Shown: piece by piece, positions 12,381-25,000 of the stretch
How the letters are laid out: the number at the start of each line of letters is the position of its first letter
Position numbering within the stretch: position 1 is the stretch's first letter
NCBI GenBank assembly: GCA_012295275.1
Contig: CM022679.1
Location: 16,616,001 to 16,680,000, forward strand
Direction: 5' to 3'
DNA length: 64,000 nt
Origin: Chrysomallon squamiferum
Taxonomy: Eukaryota; Animalia; Mollusca
Notes under the pieces: model-generated
Seen by the model: only the letters and a program-made list of their open reading frames with translations
Database searches by the model: none
What the model was told of the DNA's origin: nothing
Made by a program: the position numbers and the translations under genes

Positions 12381-14676
12381 CAGCCTGTCAAGATACACAA
12401 CAGATTGTCAGTCTGTTTTATTTTCACTGCTGTTACATGCTTCACTGAACAACAATACCTGTCTGCAAGGGTTTGTTACCTGCTTCAGGTAGTTTAAGTT
12501 AAAGATTGTTTCAGTTTATTCTACACTTTTCTTTACTTGCAGTGGAATGTATTAATTTTCAGGTTACAATGCATAGACAACTGCAGGTCAATACAGGTTA
12601 CTATGTATGTGAAAACTATTTTTTTTGTTTTCATGACCTCAAAGAATAAAGTGATTTGGAGGCTCAGGCTGTTTAGTTCATTTTAATAATTAAAAGATAT
12701 TGTTCTATTTTTATTTTTATTTTTTTTTTTCCCCGGTTGGACAACTGATTATTGGGCAGAAAGCATGATATATATGTTTTGTTTTGAAATGGAATTACTA
12801 AGTAACAGTTATTAAAATATGATGGTGAAATGAGCAATCTGAGTTAGATACATAAAACAGTGAAACAAGGAATGGATGTATTGATTTATATACAGAAATT
12901 ATGAAATAGTTTGTTTATTAGTCTTTAAAACATTACTAACACAGTTCAAGGCCAGAGGTATATTATACCTTTATATATGATGATAATGCTCTACATACAT
13001 TCATGCTCAATTATATGCACGCACAATTTTACACACACACACACACACACAGACACACACACATCTTCATATATATTAAAAACAAACTAATATAATTTTT
13101 AACAATTCTCACCTTTATTTTGCATATGCTTATATATCTATTTCAATTTCATTACAAACATACAGCATAAGATAAAATTAAAAAGCTAAACCATTATTTC
13201 CAAAATGTGTTATTTTTCTGACACAGTTTTGTTTGCACTTTAAAGATTGAAAAAGAAAGTTTCAGCAGGGTGAGTACTAAGCATGACACATCAGTGTTGT
13301 TAGAAACTGTGTTTGTTTATACTGTTACACGACTACCAAGTTATCATGTGGTTTTCAAAATTTAGTTAAATAGTAACTGTTACTTGATCTGTTTTAATTA
13401 TGTAAATATGTCTAACTAATTTGTAATACTGTGTGTGAATTTTTACTTACAATGTTTGACATTTTACTATTGGATGTTATTTTTCAAGGCTTAGTTTGTG
13501 TAGGTGTTTTGTTGATTTCATAATAATTATACTACATAATACACAATAAGGATGAAATGAGTAGAATACAGATTTCTACATAATTCTTATGACATGAAAA
13601 AATAAATACCTTGAATTTGAATGCAAAGTGTTCATTTTGTAATGCAAACAAATGGCCTAAATAAATTTTGTATTCTGATACTTTTATTTGTATCAGGGCA
13701 ACTTTTGTCTGAAGTATAAGAATGAAAAATGCATATAGGCTGATACCATTAAAGAAATGAAAGAGAGAGAGAGAGAGATAGTGAGATAGAAAGAGAGAGA
13801 CAGAAGGGCATTTTGGCAGCTGTACAAGTATGTACATAATCTATCTAGGAATTGGGGGGTTTGGTGGGTTTTTTTCTATTTAACAAAGTTCATGGAATAA
13901 AAATAGATAGCAGCCTACATGCATACTGACAGGCTTAGAATATATTTTGGCCATTGATATGTACATTATCACATAGACACTTAACAGAAGCTTCAGAAAC
14001 TCAGCCTTTTGAGTGTATTTTATATACCAGAAGGAGGAAAAAACATAAATATCAAATAAGGAATGACATTCTGTTGCTGTTGCACAGTCATTGACTTGCA
14101 CACCCAGACACAGACACAGATTTTGTAGATTTAGTGCTTTATTACTAATACTTTGTTTGTAATTAAAACAAAAATTAGAAGAGATTTACAAAATAGGTAT
14201 GTATATATTAATCAGACATTTAGGTTAAGATGGTAGAACCTCAGAGAAACTCTTTTATACCAGATATTTTATTCACTAAAAGGTAACAGAAATTATTTTT
14301 TATCTTTTAAAACTTTTACATTTATAACCAACTGAACGAAATGTGGAACTGTTAGTTAAATCAGCAGAAAATATTAAGGTGCATAAATATTAAACATATC
14401 TCCTGAATGATCAACATGTTTGTTCACAGGAATTTTCAACTTCTGCACTAGTCATACAAGATATAACAAGAATGGTGCTTTTCAGGTTATTGAATTAGCA
14501 GTAGAAGTACTAACAATGTTATTTGTTCATGAAGGAGTTTTAATATATAACAGTATTATTATTAATTATTTCAGGAGAAGAAGTACTATTGATGTTTAAT
14601 TGCTTCAGGGAAGAAGCGCTGTAACTGTTACTTCATTATGAGTAGGTTTTAAAATATGTTTTTTATGTTGTTCTAG

Positions 14677-14779
14677 GGGAGGAACTGCCGTACATGCCAG
14701 CTATGAGAAGTTCAATACACCATCAACCACCAACTTCAGCAGTCCTGCACCCTCTGCACCAACACTACCATCATCAAAA
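14677..14779 (+). CDS. Zasp: Zasp exon immediately after the PDZ domain (GGTAVHASYEKFNTPSTT...PSSK)
   Basis: ttctAG acceptor, GTAAGT donor, open Pro/Ser/Thr-rich frame, phase 2 to 0. Confidence 0.8.
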
Positions 14780-15033
14780 GTAAGTTTAAAACTTGCTTCT
14801 GTTTAATGTCACCATCACACTATAGCCATCACCTTCAAGTCAGCTGTCTCTGCAGTTTCTAATATGTACATGTAGGATCTTCCTTTCATGTAAATTTTAA
14901 GATGTGACCTACCATAATTTTTGTTAATGCAAAATATTACCAACTTTTGTTACTGGAAAAGTTGTTCTTTGTTCTTTTATTATTTGTTTCATAATTGAGG
15001 TAATCATTTTGTGTGGAATGCATGCATGCATGT

Positions 15034-15100
<67 letters not shown>

Positions 15101-15684
15101 TCTAGATAAATAATACCAGTCCTTATACATGTCATATTAACAGCAGCATGCCAACTAATATACTGCTCTTGTGATATCAGCTACACCAGCTCTGACATTC
15201 ACCTGTGTACAAATTGTTTCCACCTGTGGAGTATGTGTGTGAGTGTGTGAGTGAGTGTGTCTCTATAAATGGACCACTGTAACCCAATCTCTGTACGTGC
15301 ACACTGGAACACAGAGCTCCGCTCACTGGCGACCATGAACCAATACAGGGTTTGTACTTCTTTATCTTATCCCTTCCATCTTTCAAAATACCTTTCTCTT
15401 CACTTTTCAGCAGGAAATATCTAGCTGTAGCAAGGTTGTTCTTTTTTCTTTCTTTTTCTTTAAATTGCCTGTTCAGGCAGATGATAAATTGGAAAGGTAT
15501 TTCTGTAGTTTTTTGTTCATACAGCTGGAGCTTGCAGTTACTGTGATCACTAGAGAACTGTGAGTCTGCCAGCTGACATATTCATGGAACTTGCTATTTA
15601 TCTGTCTCTTATGTGATCATGCATTGTTTTTGTTTGTTTATTGTGTGTGTTGCTAAACTCATAAAGTGAATATTATTTGAGTGA

Positions 15685-15720
<36 letters not shown>

Positions 15721-18700
15721 TGATAACTGAAATATTTAACAACCCACATCGAGCCATTGTTACCTTTTCTCAGTCACTGAAACTTTCAGTTTAAGCAGTA
15801 TATTAATTAAAATGACAGTCTTAATTAATGATTATTTAACAAGCATGTAATTAATCATTTTATTAAGTGTCTTTCTTGTGATCAAGTCTGTGTGTGTATT
15901 ATAATCAGAATGACAAAGCAGAATTAACTAATGTTATTTATTACAACTGCACATCATTCATCACTCCACTTTTAAAAATTCACAAAACTGGCAGGTTTCC
16001 ATCATAATAAGCAAATGTGTGTTTGTTATACCTGCTGTTAAATATAATCAATATATGAATGTCTCGAAGCAAGTATATTTGTGTGTGTTTAGATGCATGT
16101 TTGTGTGTGTACTTTCCTAATGTGCTTGGGTGTGTGTGTGCATCTGTATGTTGGTAAATGTCTGCATATTTTGTGTGTCAAATTTATCTGAAAAGACCAT
16201 CAGTTTAATTTAAATTTGAGAAATCAATAAAATACAGTTCTTAAAATGTATGGGGGGGGCATGTATGTGTGCATATCAGAGACCTTATTTGTGTGTCAGT
16301 TCATACAGAAAACACATTAAATACCAGGCAAACCATTCTGAGTTTGAAATAAAAGTACACTCCCATTTTAGCAAACATTCTTTAGCCGAGCATGAACTGA
16401 GTATTTTCTGCTTCACGGAATGATGACAACACTTGATGGTTTGTGCACTTAGTCAAGGATGGTACATACAGCACAGCCAGGTAAAAGATCATGACATCTG
16501 CTGTCATGCAAACTGAAATCCTCAGCCACTAATAGATTTAACAGCAGCAACAATGCATCTTTTCAGTCTTATACTTCAGTCAGGCATGTCTGCTGAAAGG
16601 CACATACAGAAAACATATGGACAAATGGATAAGTTCTTGTGTACATGTTTCCATCACACAAACAGCTATTAAGTTAACCACTTCACTTAAACATTTCAAC
16701 CACTGTACAAGTAGCCAGTACAAACAGCTAGCCTTTCTTCCACAAGGGTAGAAATCAAATTATTTTGTGCTGCTGATGAAAGAGGAAAGTGATTTTATGT
16801 TAATATTAACTTCCAGAGTAGCTCCAGTAACCTAGGCTGTGTTCAGGATATGCATCAAGCCTCAGTTGTTGAAAGGCTAAAAAAGAAAAAAAAAACTCTG
16901 AAAGAATCAATCAAAATGGCTGTCACTTGTAATCGTTTTCTTTTTTCATCTAGACCACCCAATATTTCATTACTATGCATGTCAAAATACAGACTAATCA
17001 ATCAGGATTAATTAATTTTATTTTATAAACCCATAAAAATAAAAAATTGTTGATCATACAAATGATCCTTGGAACAAAATAATCATCAGAAATATAATTT
17101 ATACTGCAGTCATCTGAAAATAGTTTTTTAAAAACTAATTTGAATTTACTAAAAAGGACCATCTTTAGAGGAGAAACTACCAATACGTATGAATAAAAAT
17201 GTTACAGTATTAGTTCATTTATCTGGAAAGTGTTTCCAAACACATGGAATTGATAGAAACCATGATTGTGCCAACATTCTTCAGTTGTTCTGTGTATGAG
17301 GCACAGTTAATAACAGAGTTTATATAACAGTCATATCACCCAGGTGTACTCACTTATACTTCCCAGTGTTGGTTTGCCTGCAGCTTTAAATTCTTACAGT
17401 AAATTATTCAAGTTTTTTACTTTTAAATTAGTCATGCAAAACAGATACAAGCTGAGACTGTTTAGCTACATTTAAAAAATACATATTTTTGGCAAATTAT
17501 ATCTGTTTTCATGGCAGGAATTTGAAGAGCAAAACTTAACAAACAAAAAAATTAAAAATTAAAAACCCAGAAATATTTTCACCTTATTTTTAAAATGATA
17601 CTTGAAATGTTTTACGAAAACCAGAAAAAAGAATTAAAAAAAAATTATATATTTAACACTCCTCGAAACTCTGACTTAAAATAGACTCCAGTAAAATGTT
17701 ACATTTATAACATCAGTGAAATATGAAAGTTGAAGACCATGTTAAAGCATCTAGTGGATTAAAGAAATAAACTTTGACAACATGTAACTTTCTTAGTAAG
17801 TGATTTGCTTTTTGTTGTTGTCATTCACAGTTATTTAAATAAAAATACATTAAATTGTGGGAATGTTTTCTTCACCAAACTCTATCACTTGATGATTCTA
17901 ACATAAAGATAAGCCACCTATTAAAAGCACACACTATCAGCAGTTTATCTTGTGGTGAGTTGATGGCATTTCACATGTTTGTATTTTAGTGAAAGCCTGG
18001 GAGGTAGTTAACATAGTTCATACATTAAATCATGATGGTCTTTTTTTAAATGGTATGTATTATACATATAAAAATGTGACAAAACAGGTTAGATGTGTTT
18101 CATGACAAAGCCAGATATGAAATTAATGTTTGAAATTTACATATAAATATCAAAATAAACCTCATAACACTAAAATAAAGTGTTTATAAAATGTGTTTTT
18201 TATGATAAGCAGGATGTAAATAAAGTGTCAACAAATATTTAAGCATCCAGGATTTTGTAGATTTTGTTAGAATGGGAAATGTCTGAAAACTGGCAAGAAG
18301 AATATAAAATTCAGTTTTTTATTTCCTGTAAGAACACACAGGACTGGATTTTTTATTCTTCTTAAGATAAACAGCCCCAAGTCTTAAAACAGACAGACCC
18401 CTGGCTTGTAGTCAATGCCAAGATAATCAGTATTTCACAACAGCCTTTTCTGATTATCATGACAAAATGTTCCATTACAATCATCCACAACAACATCTGA
18501 AAGTTGATATTGTTCTCTCAATTTTTGTTATTCAACATAAGAAGCAGAATGATGATAGTGAATCCCACTTTATTTCTCAAGCCAAGCTTATCAAAAATAT
18601 TGTAATAAATATTAACAGTTCAAAAAGACTGTAAACTTCAGATGAGTAGTTAATTGTATTAATTATTAGAATTTATTATTTTTTTTTCTGTTTGACATTT

Positions 18701-21700
18701 ATACATTTATTATTATAAAGAGAATAGTTTACATGATTAATACAGTTGTAGAAAAAAAAAATGTATGTAAATATATTATGCATTTTATCGTTTTAATATT
18801 TATTTGATTACAGAATTTCAATGTTGCTCCAAAGCCATTTGGTGCACCCACCAATCCTAACACCAATTTTGGCCTCAGCAATCCTGGAACCAGCTATGGA
18901 GTTACCTCCCTTACACAGAAAACACAGAACCTGAATATATCAAGGTATGAGGAATACAGTTCACTTTTACATTTCTGCATATATTTGTCTATCTATTTAT
19001 AAACAGACTTGTTTATTTAGTTCTCACAAACATAAAAAATAAGTATTGATTACAATAAACAAGTGCAAGCTTTGACAACTCAGGTTTCCAAAGGAATTAT
19101 GATTATGACATACAGATTTATGATTTTGTTCATGATTGTTGAATATCTTTTTCACAGCAAGGAAATAGACATTTCAGTGGGTGTTTTTTTTAAAAAGAAA
19201 GAAAATAAATAATCTGACAAAATGGTATATCTCAATTTTGTTTTTTTTAACATCATGCATGTATTATAAATAATTATGATTTTTAATGTTTCTACATCAT
19301 TTACTTACTTGTTCAGCTTTTGCTTCATTTTTTCCCTAGTCATTATAGTTTTAGAAGAAAACAAGCTGTTTTTAATGTGTTGTCTCTTTCAGTCCCATTG
19401 ATTATCAGGCTTCTGCTCAGAAGTATGCTGAGCGAGATGAGCCCCCTGACCCTGCTCAGCACCACTCAAAGTCTTTCAAACAGCTGCAGACAATGATTGA
19501 CAGCGGCCAAGGTAAAACAGTTCATTTGAATTTACTGAATTTCAATTTAAATGTTGATTTTCTAATTTTTTTTAAATGATTGCTCTCATTCTTCAAGCAT
19601 TATAACACTGTAGCATTAATTTCTGAAATACATTTAAAGCATTTTAAAGCCAAACAAGATCAGAAACAAGTAAAAAGAGGGGTATTCAGTTTAGAGCAGT
19701 TTTAGGGCTAAAATATTTGTATAAATCCAGTTCATAGTTCAGTAATTTCACCCAATTTCTCTGATTCTTTCAGTAAGTAATAAAAAGTGGCTAATGTATT
19801 AAAAAAAATTTATATATATATATTTTTTTATTATTTTTCTATTTTTAAATTTCTCACATTTTGTGAACAGACAATAGAATGACACTGACATCAGTTTGTG
19901 AACTATTTCACAAGTTGAATAAGTGCTTATTATTCAGTGGCCAGAGTACACAGTTTTTAAAATAATTTAATAATCAGTTCACATCGTCTCTGCTGAATTT
20001 GTGTTAGATGAAGCCAGTTGGGAGATTGTGATATATTTTCACTACATTTAAATTTCCTACTGAGTCTCTACATAACAGGCAAACACAGACAAACAGCTCT
20101 GTCTTTATTCAGCTATAAATTATATACATTTATTTTTATTTTCCACTCTATATGTTCAGTGGCTTGAAGCCAGTATTGTTGTTTGACATGTGGCTGTTTA
20201 TTACATAGTCAGATGGTTTCTGTAAACACAGCTGAATCATTAAACATCACATAACTGGGTCATTACAACCTTTATTTCATATTATTATATCACTTCAGTC
20301 ACTAGTACAGTATTTTGTAGTGTTTAATACCAGTTGATTTTTTAGTACAAAACATTGAAATGAGTTGTTAAAATATTTTTGGCAGTTTTATTGTTTTTTA
20401 TTTTCACATTGAAAATAAATGTGCATGGTTTTATTCATTCATTTAAACAAAAAATTATATATTATTACTTTCATCATCTATTAATTAAATATTTAATTTA
20501 TTTCCTTTTATCAGATTTGGCCTAAAATTTTGAAAATAACCACAATACAATTTTTGGATTCCTATTTCATTATGAATAAAAATAACACTAATTAAAATTT
20601 TGGAAAGGTTTTAACAATTTCACTTATCTTTGTGTGTGTGTGTGATAATAATTTTTCAAAATTAATATTTTATATGATATTTTTCACAAACAATCATCTT
20701 CATAAACATCATCATTATCATCATCATTATCATCATCATCATGCCACATAGACCAAGATATTTTTCAGAACCAGGAGCTGGGCTCCGTCCTTTACCTAAA
20801 ACAACAGGCCGTACATCTCCTTTGAGTGCTCCTGCAGCTCCTGTAGCTCCTCAGGCAAAGACAGTGAAAGCTATTTTGCCACAAAGATACAATACACCCA
20901 TAGGGCTGTATTCAAATGCAAATGTGGAAACAACATTACAAGACCAATCAAAGTTTTTGGTAAAAGAAGATGCTGGGTAAATTAAGTTCTTGTCCATTCA
21001 AGTTTGACAGAAATCATTAAAAAATATGCAGAAGTTATGTTGTTTTTTTTTCTGGTTTTTTTCACAGTTTCATATTTTAAAAGAAATACCATATCACTGA
21101 AACTGAAGTTGATAACTTCTGCATATTTTCTGTGAGTTACGAACATCTGCAAGACCAGGAACCTGAACCGATTCTACATCTTCTTGTGTTTCAAATTGTT
21201 TTTCTACATTTGCAGTTTCCTTGCTTGATCTTATATCTGTATAAAAAATATATATTGAAATTAAAGGTAGCCAAAAGGCTTTATTTTTCTGTTATTTCTG
21301 TAAATGTAGAAACATGTCCAGGGTCCTGGTTAATATGGCAGAATGTGCAGTAAAAGAAAATTACAAGTTGTAAACTGACATTTCCATTTTCAGGTTCACC
21401 GACACGCCCACCATGGCAAAGGTATCAGTGTCCTTCATGTCAGGTTTATTTGTTTGCAGCCTCTGTTGGAGTTATCCCCCCTACCCAGCTGACATTTGTC
21501 TTTTGACTTTTGAAGACTTGTAACTGAATAAAATATAAATTTTTGTTTAGATGATTTGAAATATCAATCAGTGCATCAAATTTATAATGGGCCATCCTTC
21601 AAATATGTGAAGAAATCATTCACATTCGAATATTTAAATAGGAATATGAGTTATTTAAGAAAACATATCAGATCCTGGATAGTGAGGTCAGAAACAAATC

Positions 21701-22039
21701 TAAGAAAGAATTTGAAAAGGGAACACAAAAAGTTCTTCAAAATGTTTGAAAGATGGTCAACAAAATTAGAACACTGTGCAATAACTGTTATTTCAGAAAT
21801 ACACAGGTCTTCAAAAGTTTTTTTGCCATTATTTTCAGTGTCTGTGGTTTACTATTTATATTTTAAAATGATAAAGGAAAAATGTCCAAGCAGTCACTTT
21901 AGTATAGCTTTGTCTCAAGTATGTGCACATTGTTTTGAAACAGTAAATCAGTTAAACTTCACTGAACTTTTAAGTTTTTGAAATATTTCCCTGGTATTAA
22001 TAAACAAACTATATACTTTTCAAGTCTTTTACAAATTTT

Positions 22040-22075
<36 letters not shown>

Positions 22076-25000
22076 TGCAGACAGTCAAGTTAAGTTCTGA
22101 CCAACCGAACATTAATCAAAATTTACTAAAAGTTTCTTTGATTTTTTTATTATTAACAAGTGAATTAGCAGTACAAGAAAAAAATAAGGATAGAAAAAAA
22201 CTAAATGTACTTGAATGTTACTATATAATCCTGATTTGTCCCTTCATTTCTATCACTTATATTTTTGTTCATTAAATTAAATAAATAAATAAATAAATGA
22301 ACAGACAACAACACAAAATACCATACAGCATAGTTATGTAAAATGAAAGTTTGGACATGTTTCAGGAATCAGTTGTTGATAAAAAAGTTGGCAGCTGTTA
22401 TTGTAAATATGCATGAGGGGGAATTGTGAAATATAAAATTTTATATTTGTTTCTTTTTTGTTATTAATTTTGTATTAATATTTTCACTTATTTTCATTAT
22501 CATGAATATAAACTTTTAAACAAGTTTTGTTATATGCATGAGAAAATGATTTTACTTTGTGATCCATTAAATACATTTTATACAATTTCGTTAGCTCTTA
22601 CTAATTTATTTTTATTTCTTATCTTTACAGTATTTTTATTATTTTATCTGTTACAAGAGTAAATATCAAAGATATTAACTTAACTAATATTTTCAATGGG
22701 TTACTAAAAATTATGTGTGTTATGTGTAAACACATAGCAGTGTAACAGAAACTCATTTTGTTGCCTGCTGTCTATTTACAAATCTAAAGTTTATGGTGTT
22801 ACCTCCCAAAAAAAACAATTAATTGAAAATAACTAAATAAATAAATAAAAACAAATGAAAATGAAATTCACAAATAATCAGATAGTTTGGAACAAAGATA
22901 ATTTATTTAAATATATCACTTGGAATTTTGTTTTGTACTGCCTAGTTTAATTAATACTTCATTGAATATAATAATATAAAGCATGAATCTGTGTAATATA
23001 TTAGTTATTTAGAATAGCATTTTATAACGGGAAAAAAATTCATTTCAGTTTTCATTGAACCATCTGTAGTTTATAATGCATGTCTAAGATACCACAATTC
23101 ACAGGATCATTCCTACTCAGTTTCAGTTTATAAAAAGCTGTATGTACTATCCTGTCTGTAGGAAGGTGTCTATAAATGATTACTTTCTGCTAATGAATTG
23201 GCAGCCCACGTTTTCTTTCTCATATCATTAGAGACTGACTTGTAACAGTTTTTAATATCAAAATATAATTTTGAAATTTTAAACATTCTTTCATTATAAT
23301 CTGGTTTAATGTAAACCTCTGAACATTATAATCATATTTATATAGAACTGCACTATTAAAACTGTATGAACATGTTAAAAGTTTTCAAATTATTTTATTC
23401 CAGTATTATTAGAAGCAGAGCCAAAAAATATTTTATTGAACTTAATCATTTAAAAAAATAATAAAGATAAGATTATTGAAAATAAAAAAACATTTTTCAT
23501 TTAAAAATGAGATACACGTGATTGTTTTTTCTTACAGCATGTGTTGTTTTTTAAATACAGAGTATTCAAATTCCTCACTGAACTTGAATTGTCTGTTTTT
23601 TGCATGCATGTTTTTGTATATTGTTCATTTTCAAATTCAACTTTTAAGCATAAAATATTGTTTGGTTCTGTGTAGAATTAATTAGTGTAAAACGTGAAAA
23701 ACTTAACTAAATATAATTTATAAGGAAAAGCTTATTATTATAAAATTTCCTTTCATTTTACTGAGATAAAGTGAAGAAACAAATTTGATATTTTGGAAGA
23801 TGATGTTACTTCCAGCTCCAGATAAAATATAAAACATAAAAATTTAATTTCATATTGTCTAATTCCTAATATGATTCTGTTTAGCTCAAGTAAAATAATT
23901 ATCCTTTTTTATTCTTTTTTCTTTTCGTTTTTTGATTGTAAGTCTTCGAATTTATTCACAGATGTACAAAGTTCTAAACAATTCAGTTTTAAATTACCCA
24001 GTTAAAAAAAACTTGTAGCTTCAAAAGTACTTTTTGTTTTTAGCATGGTCCATTGAAATGTTTTTCACATTTTACCATACTTGTTCACTAATTGCATGAA
24101 CTGTTTTGTTGCATGTATGTTGCATGTTTTCAGGGAACCGGTCACTGAATCTGTTCCACGTGTTGGTCCTGCAGTGCACATTAGTTCTGGTATTAGAAAT
24201 GGTGGCACAGTTGAAGGTCCTGGCAGTAACACTAAGACATATTACCCCTCAGAAACATACAAACTGATCAAAGAACAAGAATGTCCCTCAGCAAAAGAAG
24301 ATGTTTCCCACACCCCGATTCACTCTCGATCTTTCAAACATTTACAGCAGCAGCTTGAAAGGTAGGCAGGTTGATAAAAAGCTGAAAAATAGGTGGGTTG
24401 AAATACAGCTGAAAGGTAGACTGGTTCATATAAAGCTGAAAAATTGCTGCACTAATGTACAGCTAACAGATTTGTGGGTTGATCTACAGCTGAAAGATAG
24501 TCTGGTTGATATCTACTCCTAATCATTTACAGCTTGTGGGAATTTACAGCATTACGGTTAAACATGCTGATTTACAACTAGAATACAGCTATATGCTGGA
24601 CTGGTCAATTTCAGCTGAAATGCAGATTTTTGGCTGATTTACAGCTAGAATATATAGATGATATACCAAGCAAGCTGAGTTATTACTAGAATACAGTTGT
24701 ATATTAAACAGATTTGTTAGGCTGATAGACAGCTAAAAGACTACTTACACCTACTTACAGTTAAGGTGGAGATGGGTGGTTTTCAACAGTTGTATGGTAT
24801 CTGTTTAAGATGACAGGCTTTTTACAGATAGAATACAGCTGAATAATAGACAAGCATAGTGTTTGTAATAGGTGAATTAAAGCTGGAGTATGGTGTGTGT
24901 TGTGAAACAGACTGCAGTTGAAATACAGCTGACTGATGGGAAAGTGATTAGCACTTAAAATAGCTATGAAAGACCAAATAGGTGTATGGTAAGCTGAATT

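Noticed and set aside
21132-21353. ORF SYEHLQDQEPEP... as a possible extra or terminal Zasp exon after the ZM exon
   Set aside because: The phase would fit, but it needs a GAG acceptor, has no nearby donor, and the frame decays into intron-like low complexity; unsupported without transcripts.
21556-21981. 141-aa ORF in a Zasp intron
   Set aside because: No recognisable motif, TTG start, AT-rich codons, no fitting splice sites.
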